Shown here in pieces: positions 50,101 through 63,196 of a DNA stretch of 64,000 bases. The notes beneath the pieces were generated by a model. It saw only the letters and a list, made by a program, of their open reading frames with translations. It did no database searches and was not told where the DNA came from. Source of the stretch: Yuukianura sp. NJ FZ-2021 (lineage: Eukaryota); contig CM102288.1 in assembly GCA_046563655.1 (NCBI GenBank), positions 3,162,001-3,226,000 of the forward strand, read 5' to 3'. The stretch's first letter is position 1, and every line of letters begins with the position of its first letter. A program made the translations under genes and the position numbers.

Positions 50101-53100
50101 ATGGAAGAGGGGAACCACGGAAAGCAAGACATTGACAAAAGTTACCTTCGTTTCGCTGCTACCGCTGGGCCCATGACAGAGGAAGAACGAGAATACAGGA
50201 TTCGGAAAGGAATTCAGGAGGATGCGATGGAGGAGGATTGTGGTGAAACGTAAGGGCAGAGATACATGCCAGCATTCTAGTTTTACTAAAGGAGTGTAAT
50301 TGGTAATGCAATTTATTATTTTCGTGGTAATGTTCTTTCTAGCCGGCTCAGCTTTCATTTGACTGGAGACGAATTGATTGTGGATGCGAAAGTGAAACCC
50401 AAAGGTCCAGCTGGGACATCCGAAGAAACAGCAGCTCATTGCAGCCAGTCGAAGCCTGTGTTCTCAATTGCCGAAATGGTTGAAGAAGCAGCAAAAATCA
50501 ACGCCGAGGCAGCACTTCATGCAAGCCCAGCAGTTGCAAAAAGCCTAGCGCCTGTTCAGTAAGTCAAATTAGCCAATCCTAATTCGGCGGTGATTCACTT
50601 GTTATAACTTTTTGAAATGAACATTTTTAGGGTGGAGTAAGGCAGACGTGGCGTGTGTTAATACTCCATATCCCCTCCCGAACTTCCTCCAATGGTTTGT
50701 ACTGCGCTGTTGCCCAACGTAACCAAACCTAACCTAACCTAACCTTAAAATGAATAGGCAACAGCGCAGTGTAAACCATTGGAGGGGATACGGGAGTGGA
50801 TATGGAGCAATAGCACACGCCACGTCTGCCTTACTCCTGCCCATTTTTAGGGAACAGGACGAAGACGATGCAATGATCACTGAGTCCCATACTGCAACGG
50901 ACGCTTCCCACAACGAAGACAACTTTCCCAACATCGATGTGTCGGAAGAGCCAGCTAGCAACGTCGCTACTTCTAGTGTCAAACCTGGAACCAAGGATCA
51001 AATGAAGACGCCATCGCTACTCCACGATGAAAAGAAGACTCCCAGATTCAGCAGTGCTAAACCGAATCGTAAAAGTGGCTTGCATCCTTCCAGTGCGAGT
51101 GCAGCTTCAACTCCTCTGGGTGGATGGCAATATAGTTCTGGGAATTCGAGCCTCTTTGTCAACTTCAGTTCCTTCCAGTAATCACAATTAGTTCAACTTA
51201 TTACTAAATTTCTCTTGATGTAACTTTAACCCCTTCATATTGTTTAGGGAACTCAACACGTCATTTGGAAGCAATGATGGCGGAGAGCCAGAGTCTAATG
51301 TCATGAACACGAACGAAAAACCACAATCCGATGGAGATTTTGCATACGGAACTGAAGGAGATTTGTTTGAAGAAAGCAAACTATCCGAGTTGGGATCTTT
51401 ATGTGAGGCAATGAGCATCAACTGCACAAAGCAGTCAGATTCAGTTCCAGCGACCAATGCTACCGAAGTCGCGAATGTCACGCGACCAGATTCTTGTGCT
51501 TCCGCGAATTACAGTTACCGTGGGGGACTCCGATCGCTTCTTGGCACGCCTCGTCCTCCGGACCTTCTCAACAGCCTTCTGGTCAATGTATCATCAAAGT
51601 CTGCTTTGGCACAGTATGTTTTTCCCCGCTTGAATCGAAAAAAAAGAAAAGAATTCTGAAAATAATTTTGAATTTACAGGCATTTGGATCTAGCAAATGA
51701 GAGTTTGGGCACTGCTTTCGATGAGGATAGTTTCTCAGTTGGTGTTGACAAAGATTTGGAAGATGATGACGGCGAAGAGTGGGCGTTGACGGGGGAAGAT
51801 GTCGTGCCATCAACGCAGTAACAAACGTTTCATTAGAATTTTAACATTAGTTATGCGATTTGTTAATGTTTTAAATGTCCCTCCTCGTGGCTGTAGGGCT
51901 GTGAATGTGAACAACGTTACGGATGACAGCAGTATGGATTTAGACGGGAGTTTTGTTCCATCAACTCCCATGGTTGCTGGCTCATCAACTCCAGCTATAA
52001 TCCCATTGAGTTCTTCTGAGGTCAAGTACGTCTCTGCTTTCCTTGAAAAACGTTTTCTTATTTCACAACCACCACCACCAAGCCTACCTCCTTTTGCTCC
52101 GCTTGATACCACGGTAATAGATCTGGACAAGAGTCTTGGAGAACCTAAGGATGTACCCACCACACAGTTAGTTTCACCACTCCTAATGCGTGTTATTCCA
52201 CCATTCCTGTGTTGTCTAAAATCAAAACACATGTAATTTTTCGAGTTGTAGTATTTTGCTTTTGAACTTTTAGGGAATGTCTTCAGGAACTCGAGGCCGA
52301 GGAAGAGGACCGAACTGACGAAATTTTTCTTCCTACTCAATACCCGACCAAGATCATTGGCTGTCAACATCCGGAAGAAGATATGGAGAACAATGAAGTG
52401 CCGGCTACAAAGGAACAAAATACTGCAAATGTTGCTGAGTAAGTCCACTATACAAGTTGTACTTACTTTGTAACTTAGTAATCACATCCTAAATTCTGTC
52501 TATTATTGTTATTAGGGAGTCGTATCACGACATTGAGCTGGGAACGTGTGAGTCACCATCAGTTCCACAATCTTGCTATTCCCAGGATGGCATCCAAGAT
52601 GGCACTACGCAGGCTGAGAAAAAGTTGCCTAGGAAAAGTAGGGTTTCATCAGTCCAGCTAAATGTGACTTTCGAGAAAGACGATTTTGAATCCTCTTCCA
52701 GTTCAGACTCAGAGCAAGAGCAAAATGAAATCTGCGATGAAAGCAACATGGATGAATCTCAAGCTGAATATGAAAATTCTGGCCTCAATAAAGAGAACTA
52801 CTCTCCTTCTCCCAGAAAATTGAACAGTTTCTACACAACTGGCTCTGACACGTAAGTTCAAGAATGTTGACAGTATTTTAAAAATAAAGTTTGTAAGAAT
52901 TTCGTGGATTTAAAAATTAAGAGTGAATCATTCCAATAGGGATCTGGACGATACGATAACCAACATGGAACGACTATTGGCATTGGCAGACCAAGCAGAA
53001 TTGGCCGCTGAACAAGGAGGAGCTGCACCTTTCGAGTTTGACTTGGAGCCATTTCCAGCAAATCTTCCTTGTAGTTTCATTGAAGACGAATTGGCTCAAA

Positions 53101-54652
53101 AAGGACAAGGAGAAGAACTTCAGCAAGTCGAGGGAATGCAATTGGATGTCAATTCCGAGGATGCCGTGGGAGAAGTCATACTTTCACCCAATGGAAAAGC
53201 GAAGGAAATCTCCAAGAAGATTGGATTCAAGAAAGTCATTGCAAATGAATTGATGCTGTCACCAGTAGCTCCAACGTCTCCATCTCCTTCGACTCCAAGA
53301 AGTGCCTCTAAGAAAAGCACACCGATCAAGTCGCCACGAAGCATTTCATCGAAAACTCCCTCGCCAAGTCCAAAATCAGCGAAACCTGCTGCTGCTAATG
53401 CTCACTCTGATGCAATCATTTTCAAGACTCCAGCAGTTCCTAGCAAAACGCCATCAAAGTTTAAGCGGGCAGATGACCTTCCAGGAAAGTCTCCATCACC
53501 AGCAGTTGGTAAAACCGTGGCAATGCTTAGAGGCCAAGGCCCGTCTTCCGTTACTCCTAAGAAGTTCACCACTTCGACACCTTTGCAACCTAGCAAGGTC
53601 AAACCAGTTCCGCTTCTTATGAATTCTCCAGCTTCTACTATTGGCTACCCAACACCACCGTCGGTGCGAGACAAGAATTTGGGGAATCCAAAAGCTTTTC
53701 AAAAAGTTCCATCGCGATTTCGAAATCAAAAAGCAACGATTTCTCCTTTCATGTTGCCAAGGAAGTCGCCAATAGCTGGACCAGGAGGGGAACCAAGACT
53801 TATGACGCTCGTTTCACCAGTGGCTGATTACATTTACAACAGCCCTCCTGTTCAACAGCTTCAACAACAACAGCGATCTAATATCCGAAACCACTTTGGT
53901 CCAAATGTTGTTCAGTCTCTGCCAAGAAAGATTCGGCGCCCTGATGACGATAAAGCGAAAGTATCAGCCATTCCAATTCGAAAAGCATCTCTGCCAGTTC
54001 CTTCAAAAAATCAGGGCAATCCAATTGTTTCTCCAGCTCCTCCAGTATCCAAGAAGCCCAAAATGAAACAAGTGTCTACAACTGATTCTCCAGCGCTGAT
54101 CAACTTTGATTCTCCGGCAGAAGGACTTACTGATTGCAGCTCTCCAGCTCTCATGGACTTTGATTCGCCTACTTCTTGTGAAGTAATTGAAAAAAATAAG
54201 GAGAATGAAGAAGAAAGTGGAGATGGATTCAAGATTCAAGTTCCGGTGGATCTGCCGTCGGACTCTGGCGAATTACAGGATTTGATGGAATTGTCGACGG
54301 TCAAGATTCGTGAATCTGAGCACAAGGATTTGAAGAAAGTAAGGTATTTTGGATCTGAGAAATTGCGGGATGGCAAGGAAAGAACTGTGGAGGCACCAAT
54401 CATTCCGTTCACGCAGTCTAATCCAATTATCGTTCTCGGCTTATGTACCAAGGACAACCTGGTTGCTCAACGTCATACTGGTAAAAACTTGAAACTAAAA
54501 AAAGTACAGAGTTTTGAAATGAAAATTTGATTTCATCATTTGGTTTTTTAGGACTCATGAGTGAAAGTTTTGGAACTTCAATTGTTCGGAGCGAGCCGGT
54601 AATCAAAAGTTCAATTCCATCGCGAATTGCATCAATTGCTCACAAGAAATGA
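50101..54652 (+). CDS. Large intrinsically disordered protein (acidic N-half, basic S/T-P-rich C-half) with SxIP and KEN motifs, about 10 exons; family not recognised
   Basis: ATG50101 MEEGNHGKQDIDKSYLRF.... Nine GT-AG introns keep the frame through the ORFs at 50359, 50851, 51248, 51680, 51897, 52273, 52516 and 52923 to the last exon ...KSSIPSRIASIAHKK* (TGA54652). The gene is head-to-head with yurt. Confidence 0.8.
50631..50841. mobile_element. Mutator-like (MULE) MITE, 211 bp, ~85-bp TIRs, 9-bp TSD CATTTTTAG
   Basis: The left arm ggtggagtaaggcagacgtggcgtgtg...actgcgctgttgcc is the reverse complement of the right arm ggcaacagcgcagt...cacacgccacgtctgccttactcctgcc. The spacer holds (AACCT)n. 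The TSD is at 50622-50630 and 50842-50850. Confidence 0.92.
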
Positions 54653-57600
54653 AAAAACATCGTCGGCTGTACACAGTTATCTTCTACAAAGTTGATCTTT
54701 CTACATATGAGTTTTTTCTTCATCAGTTAACATAACTAATCTACTTACTAATTAATTCTTACTTATTTCACGTTTTTGTTCTAAAACTAAATCAAAATGG
54801 TAAGTTGTTTTGAACTTTTGGATTCGTTTTCATTTTTTGTGTGTGTAGAAATTATGGAGCTGTTAATTTTTTCTGAGTTTCTGATTCAAGTGTTCAGGAG
54901 AGGTTGTGTTTACCTTGCAATGTTTAGTGTTTAGAAGATTATGTGAAGAGATGACTGTTAATGCTTTAGCATTTCATACTACTATTAGAGAAGCTGAATT
55001 TCAATTAAAGTGAACCTGGGTGAGTGAGTAAAAGTATGTTTTTAGGCGTAGTATAACTGGAGTGTTTATTGTGATTTTTTTTGAGGCGGGGTGAAAACAT
55101 TCATTGGACTTTACACTTTAGGCTTTTCATTGTTTTGCAGATTTTTGACGCACGGAAAGTTTGCTAATCCAAAATGTGTGCATTAGTTGCACGCGTGGCT
55201 CTTGCGAACTAAAATTGACAACAAGCTTGTCATGTCCATATCACACTCAAGTGCTAAAAATTCCCTTGCAGGAAAATTTTGAAAAAAAAAAACGGAACAT
55301 TACTGGAAATGCTCAATTAAAAAAGTTGACGCTGGAAATTGAAAAAATATTGTAGATGTGCATGGAAAAAAAATCTTTAGAAGGAAAATTTAAGCGTTGT
55401 TTTGAAAAATGATCTCTATCTTCTTTAGTTTTTTGAAGTGAAGAAGATGGGGGACCCTTAAGAAATCCTGAAGGAGGCCCTTGAATCAACTCTTTTTTCT
55501 GAAGCAGACAGTCGGGGTCCAAGGGGTCACTTGAGTCTGAAGGTCACTCTTGTCATGATCCTTGACTGTTCACATGTCCATGGCACATGATCTTCAAATC
55601 ACGACTCAGACGAATGCACATTTCTAAATCTTTAACGAAACTTGCTCTGCGTCTGGTAGCACTTAAACCATTTCAAATCCATCTCCACCACGAGTACAGG
55701 CAGGAAGCTTAGAAATTTTGATTAAAAGCGGAGGAAAACAAGACATAAGAAGAGGAGAAAATCTCCTTTCTAAGGATTCTTTAAAACAAAATCATTTTTT
55801 GACATGTTCATTCATTGACGTTTTAATAAGGTCAAAGGTTGTTTACAATTCCAATGGTCAAAATGAAGAAAAACTACTTCTTTTTTTTTGTAGTTTTACT
55901 TCAATTTTTACCGGTTTTGTTTCAGTTTTCAACGTTTTATTTCAATTTTCAACTTTTTTTTTGAAAATTTAAGACACGATCTTTTTGAAAAAAAAATCTT
56001 CTTGAACGATCTGAATTTTGATACTTTCTTGGGGTTACTAAAAATTATTTTTTTACTGAGTGGAGTTTAAATGAAACAATGGTTCAAGTATTTTTTTAAA
56101 CTTTAGTTAACTACTAACTTTAATTTAAGTTAAGTTAAATTAAATGAAATATTAGCATTTGAAACATTGGATACTTCAAGCACGTGGTTGTTTGTTGATG
56201 TTGATCCGGTTGAAACTAAAAGTAGGCCACTCAAAGCGTCATTCGAACTGTTCCGTTGACAGCATGTTTGGGAAACCAAAGGTCGAATTCCAAAAGATTC
56301 ACAAACATTAGGATGACATGCCGGTTTCAGCATCAGCGTCTGTCTGCTGATGCTCAACTGACCAAAGGTCACGGCAAAATTGTTCCTAAATATGGCTAAA
56401 CATAACTCGAAAATTTAGCAAAGTTTTCAGTAAAATTTTTACCTTCCCCCAGTCCAAGTTTTTAACAATAAATTGCATTTTCGGTTTAGCATTATTGGCG
56501 ATTTAAATTAAAATGATCATATATTCAATTTTAGTAAAAACTAACTTCCGCTGGTACAATGAATAATTGCGACATGAATTTTATATTTTAGAACACGTTT
56601 TCTCTAAAAGTAGTGAGTCATTCGTGCCAATGTCATCGGTATTGCGAAAAAAAAAACAGAAACAGAAGTGTAAGTGAAACCAATCTTGTAATCGAATCCT
56701 CCACACTTCATTTATTGTAGATTTGATTCATTGATTCGATGTGATATGGTAAATTAAAATACTTTTTTTAAGTTTTTTAAACAAAATTTGAGATCTGCGC
56801 TTTTGGAGTTAACGCAACTCAGAAATTTGGAATCACCGTCTAATCTAAAATTCTTGAGTAACGATGAACCAGAATGATCAAGAAAAATTTATTTTTAGCG
56901 TTGGGCTTTATAAAAAAAATTTGCGCTTGTGAAAATTTTCGATTTTGATAAGTGCTGGTGTCTGAAAATGATGCAAGGCATGAATCCAGATTGCAAGAAG
57001 CCTTTTCTCCTTATCGTCCTCTGACTTTTTGCACTTCAGAGGTCAACTTCCAGCTTATGACGAGGAAATGTTCAATTACGCAAAGGAAATGACCTCCCTC
57101 AATAACTTTCTGATTTCATAACACTTGACGTAATCACAATTAAACTCAAAGTGTAGCCCAATTAAATATGTAACTTAAAATTTTTCCTCCTTTCTACCAA
57201 AATTCCAGAATTTTAGTCATTTTGCGTTAGTGATACAAAATAATTCCAAAATTTGACGCAACTAATTTTCCAATGTGTGGTCGCATCAACCACAAAATTA
57301 GCACGTTCTACATCATCACGCCCTTTATGCTTATACTCCAATGTGAAAATTTTAGGAATCTGCCAAAATATAAAAAAAAAAATTGACAAATTTTCAAAAT
57401 TTGAATTTTCAACAACTCTTGTGTCGAAACTTACCTACACTCTGCGTATCTGTACAACCTGAGCTTGCTTCTTAAAATTTAAAACGTGAACAGAATTTGA
57501 AAATTTTGAATTTAGCACCTATCAACTGCCCTTTTGCTGCGATGTGACAGAATGTCAAAGGTCAGAGACCACTCAGTTGACATGCATATTCATCGTGTGC

Positions 57601-58632
57601 CGTGTCACGTTGTCCTATAAAATCTGGATATTTTATCAAAACTTTGTTACAGGAGTATATTCTAACCTGGAATTGCAATTTAAGTTCCAAAATTAAAGTT
57701 TGTGGAGGAGGGGAGTCTCTATATTAGTAAAAAGCTTATTTTCCCTGATGAAAATTTAAGTATTTTGGGAGCCGGAGGGGTTTTCTGGTCTACGTGCTGT
57801 CCTTGGTATTCTACACTCCACAACAGGGAAAACAGAAACAAAAACTAGAAGTTACAGGGGACATACAGATCCCACAGTCATTGCAGTCTGCTTTATACAC
57901 ACAACCAAGCAACACCTTACTATTCAAAAGCTTCAAAATTTTACTTTTTCCAAAGATTTACTTCAAATTTCAGTAGTTCTGCTGAAGAGCATGTCCTTCA
58001 CCTCATCTTCCTCCAAAAACAGTCCAGAGGTCACGAGGTCAACTTCAACCGAATCCTAGCAAAACGCTAAAACTTTACAACCGAAAACGCCGCTCTATAT
58101 TTTGGTAAGTTTTACGCACTCGCAACATTTAATTATTGTAAGTTTTGTTTGCTTAATTTGCCGTCAGACAGAGACCGCAAGCTTTCTAATTGAACTTTTC
58201 CATAAAATTTTGTTCGTTTTTTGTCAAAAATTTCTCTTTTTGAAATTTTTTGTTCCAAACCGGGTATCCGCTTTGTTTAAATAAAATATTAGAAGTGGGA
58301 ATCAATATCTCCAGCACACGTCCATAAATCATTCTCCAAAGTTTCCTGGAAGAGAAGGACACGTCAAAGACTTTTTGACTTGTTCGTCATCATGTTCTTC
58401 TTTCCTGCTTTTCTTGTCTGTCACTTTTACGCAAAAGTGGTTACAGTCACCCTCCATCCTTAAAAAAAACACTTTTTCAAAAAATTGGACTTCCGAAATG
58501 GTATTTTCTACGCTTCTCGCATTTTCAAGTGTCACACTGCCACAAAAACAGCGAAAAAGAGAAACGTTTTGAAAAAAATTCTATTGTAGAAATTCAACGC
58601 CAGACGAAATTTTTCTAAATTTTCCTTACTCA

Positions 58633-60022
58633 TTTTTAGTCTTCTGGAGACGCACGTCTACGACGTGCTGAAGAAGACTATTGATACGAGTTTGTCTGTC
58701 TGTCCGTCCGTCTGTCACGTTTTTTAGAATCCTTTTCACTGAAACATTAGCCCCATCGCAGTCGGGGGGTTATCTGTAGCTCAAGTTTTTTCATTACCTC
58801 TACATTGCACTCAAACTCGTACATTAACAACGTAGAAGCAGGCGGCTACTTTACGTACCCGCAGTATCGTGGCTCCGCAAAACTGTTTTGGTTTCGATTG
58901 CACTCAAAATCATACTCTAATTGACGAGCGTTGCTCCGTCCCAATGTTAATAGCATGACCATGCAAACTAATATGTGCAAAGAACTCTCTGTGTGGAAGA
59001 GTGGAAAGATTCAGGGGTGTCCCTTTTCCATTACTCCTCCAAGCACAGACTTCCAAAAATTCCATCTCAACTCAGAAGCAGGGGGGGGGGTCTGGGGGGG
59101 CTTGCCCCCCCAGCCTCGACAATGCATTTTCTATTCAACTAGCCAGAAACCCGTGATGCTTAAAAGCACTAGGTCATCGTTGGGTCAAACGAAAGAGCTA
59201 GGGGATTTTTGACAAAATGTTAAAAATCCTCTTGCTCCATGTCATCGTGATGTGTAAACATCACGGGTTCCGTCTAGTATTTATAAACAACGGAGTTTTG
59301 ATCTGGTCATTTTCTGGCAGTATGTTTAATTACGTTGTTAAATTAACACTGATCAGAGGGTAGAAAATCCGGCTTAAATGTTTAGCATGTGAATAGTGCA
59401 TAACAGGGGTCAAAGTTGCATTTACTAGAAATTTTTATAATTTCGAATTTCACAAGCGATATCCGACCCCTCGAGCCAGCGTTCATTTTTGTGCATGACG
59501 CATACTTATGACCAACAGGGATACAAAACGTTGAATTGTGCATTTACATAAACCAATTTTGATTTAGAAGAAAGTATATCCGACATCCTCCTTATCGTTC
59601 AATTTTGTGCATGATGCACGAAGCTAAATTTCGATATCATTATTTTGATGCTGTTAGGTTCACGCTCTTTTCGCTATTCGCTAATACTACATTTCCATGG
59701 CAACACAGAAAATACATTCTTGTGCATCTTGCTCAACGAACTAATGACATCAATTTAGTGCAAATATTTTGGGGCTCAAAACTCGAACATGATTTTAGTG
59801 CATTTAAATGGTAGAATTGCCAAACCAGTTTTGGTGCAACGCACGCAAAAAGTAAAACCTCACATTCGCGCTGAAAACGAGCGGCGGTTTGTTACATTCG
59901 CTACATGAAAACGGTTTCTCAGTTTTTCTACAGTGTTGACGCAGGCCGGTTTAAGTCGCATCAATTGCCAACTCCCTCCAGAAGACCAATGCTCAACCCT
60001 TGAGCATCGCCCTACCTTGTTT
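58633..60022 (+). mobile_element. Non-autonomous Helentron (HINE / DINE-1-like) element, copy 1
   Basis: 5' subTIR agtcttctggag, nearby inverted partner gaagacta, (GTCY)n microsatellite tgtctgtctgtccgtccgtctgtc, internal ~115-bp tandem units, 3' subTIR ctccagaagacc, 3' hairpin atgctcaa-ccc-ttgagcat, end ccttgttt. Flanks are T-rich with no TSD. Confidence 0.85.
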
Positions 60023-60119
60023 CCATAAGACAAGTTTCATGGCGTCGGAAATTGTTACTTTGTCGGAATTTTTTTTCGGAATTTTTACAATTGGCTTCAG
60101 AGTGTACATTTTTTTTTCA

Positions 60120-61065
60120 TTTTAGTCTTCTGGAGACGCACGTCTACGACGTGCTGAAGAAGACTATTGATACGACTTTGTCCGTCTGTCCGTCTGTCCG
60201 TCTGTCCTCCGTTCGCTTTTTTAGGATCTTTTGCACTGAAAAATTAGCCCCATCGCAGTCGGGGGGTTATGTATGGCTCAAGTATTCTCACTAGCTCTAC
60301 ATTGCACTCAAAGTCGTACATTAACAACGTCAAAGTATGCGGCTGAATCGCGTAGCTGTTTCTTTAGTCCTCAAAATTGTTGTGTCAGGTCTGCATTATA
60401 CTCAAAATATTTTTTAACAACGAAGTTTTGATCTGCTCATTTTCCGACAATATGTTAATTTACGTTGTTAAGTTGGGGCTTATTAGAGGGCAGAAAATAC
60501 GGCTTAAATGTGTAATATGTGAACAAAGCATGACAGGTTCAAATTTGCGTTCACAAGAAATTTTGATTTTAAATAGCGATATTCGAGCCTATAACTTATG
60601 CACTTAACAACACATGGTGCATTTATTTGAACCGATTTTGATTCTACAGAAACGATATGCGACACCCTTTCCTCAACGTTCAATTTTGTGCATGTTGCAC
60701 ACTTATTGCACATCAATGTAAAATTGTGCAGTTATGTTGACGCTGGGTAATGGACGTTGTGGCGTTAAAACCTGTGCATATTTGGGAACAATTGTGCAGC
60801 AAAAAATTTTGAAGAGAGTGAAAACTGTTCAGTTGAACAACATTTTGATGCAAACGGTTTTTAACATTTTGGTGCAATTGTGCACAGAAGGCCCCACATC
60901 TGCACTGAAAAGTATGAGCGATGTTTCGTAGGATAAATGTCGTGAAAACGGTTTCTTAACGTTTTTCTTCAACGGGTTTGCGGACAGCGGTCTAAAAGCC
61001 GTATCAATTGTCAACTCCCTCCAGAAGACCTATGCTCAACCCTTGAGCATCGCCCTACCTTGTTT
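60120..61065 (+). mobile_element. Non-autonomous Helentron (HINE / DINE-1-like) element, copy 2
   Basis: Same ends as copy 1 (tagtcttctggagacgcacgtctacgacgtgctgaagaagactattgatacga ... ctccagaagacctatgctcaacccttgagcatcgccctaccttgttt) with a shorter, diverged interior. Confidence 0.85.
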
Positions 61066-63196
61066 GTAAAATTTTACGATTTTCGTTTTTGGCCAAGAGG
61101 CATTAGCGGAAAACAGAGTTGTATTTTTTCGCCTGAATTTCCTGCCTGCTGTTACATTCCGTTCAATGTGTGAGATCTTCTTTGTTTTTGATGCTCAAAA
61201 CCTTAAAGTTTTTAAGTGCTCAAATTCACAACGTTTTGTGACTCTGCAAAAACTCTTTTTGCATGCTATGGTTTTGATTGTTCGGAAGGAGCGTCTCTAG
61301 AGAATTTTCATTGTAAAAGAAATTGAGGTTAGATTGTTAACAGAGAAGACGAGTTCATTCTCCTCCTTCTTTGAAAAGGCGTTTCAGCCTAAAGATTCGT
61401 AAAGTTCTTTTTATTTTCAACTTTGGAAAAACAGTATAATTTTCAGTTTAAATTGGAGCAGAAGAAATTGTAGGCATGAGACTAAAAACGACTTTCCAAA
61501 ATAATTGTTCAAAAAATAAAAGTTTGAGTAGAAGAAATGGAAGGGGAGGAAATTGCTGTCTTTGGTTCAAATGACTCATTTCCTCTTAAAAGTTAAACAT
61601 GAACAAGACAATTGCCAATTAACGAACATGTCAACTGGCAATGAAAAACAAACAAAAAATGAATGAGTTTCGAATTTCAAATTCTAAAGTTTCTAAAACA
61701 CGATTTTCTTGGAAAACTGTTTTAAACAAATGTAATTTGAGAGCAACTTTTTTGAAAACGTATTTTTTCCAAACTTGATTTTGAAGATAACTTTGACTGT
61801 GACCTTTGATAATTCTAACTTTAAAAATCTAGTATGTTGACAACAAACTAAACTGAGTTTGACCTTCGTTGTCCTTTGAAAGTCAAATTCAAAACAACAA
61901 AACGACAAAAATTTTGAAGTGGACACTTGAATTTGTAAAATGTTGAAGAAAAGAGACGATTTGCGCGTTGCATGTTGAGGCAGGGCAGAAAATTGTTATT
62001 TGCAAAATTTACATAAAAAAAATTAAATTCAGACGAATCTTCAAGTGCTCGAGGGCAGTTTGGAAAAGTTTGCAAAAAAAAAAATCTGGTTGCATGCCAA
62101 TTTTTTCTTGTCTCATTTTCTTAAGTTTCTTTTTCGCACGTAACCTGAATTGTGGTAACATTTTTGCAAAAGTCAACATGATTACATGAGTCATCTAAAC
62201 CTGGGAATCTTCAAGCTTCAAGTTTTAAGCAAACTTCGAATTGGAAATTTTTTGCACAAAAGACCTTGAGAATCTCGAATTTCAAGGTCGGAATTAACAA
62301 GATCATGCTGGTTACTTAATCCACACCAACGTGACACTAAAAACGAGTTAAAGTCACCTTTAAAATCTTAACTAACTTAAGCTCTAACTGAGAGGATAAA
62401 CTTTTTTCAAATCTGTAGGAAATGCAACATTCGCAAAAAATTTAAAGATTACGCCATATCACAAAAGCGAAAAATTGGCACAAACAAAATTCGCGACTTT
62501 ATCACAATTTATCCAGGTGATTGGACTAAAATTGACTCACTAGTCACTACTTGTACTTCGCAAATTCTGGCGGCGGTTTCATAAAAGTTCATTTTCAATT
62601 TGCGAAAAACATTTGCAAAAAATATGAGCGCAAAAAGTAGAAGATTGAGATTAGAAATGAAATTTGACTCCTAAAAGCGTCGTTTTCGACGCTTCCACGC
62701 CCATAATTCCAATCTCTAGTGTTTTTTCCGTTTTCAATGACCGATAAAAATTGTTATTGCCGATTTAAAATTTATTGCAATTTTCAATTGTTGCACTCCG
62801 ATTTCGCGAGTTACTTGAATTTCATGTCTCGTTTTTGGTCGTACAGTTTATCTTTTTGCAGCTCCAATTTTATTATCATCACTCAATTGTTCCATTACTT
62901 CCCCTTTGAAACTTTGTGTAATTCGCAAATTCTTTAGAACTCTTTTTTCTTTTTGCAATTCCAGTGACTAAGGAGCGTTGTTGGCAAGGAGCCAAACATT
63001 TTGCAGCGTGACATTTGACCCCAAGAAGCTAACAAAAAAAAATTGAGCAGTTGCAGACAGTCGGACGAGTGCATCAGTTGCCAAATCACTTCCAAATTGC
63101 AACCAGCCGCTTCAGTATCACACTTGACGTTGTCCTAATAGTTTGCAAAAGTCCATTTTTTAATATTCCCGAAGAATCGCCAATTTCACGCCAAAT

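Noticed and set aside
50724..50745. (AACCT)n as an interstitial telomere
   Set aside because: Only about four units, lying in the spacer of a MITE.
58633..61065. The paired long repeats as LTRs or a CRISPR-like array
   Set aside because: No TG..CA ends, PBS, internal ORF or repeat-spacer periodicity; the structure fits Helentron-type elements.
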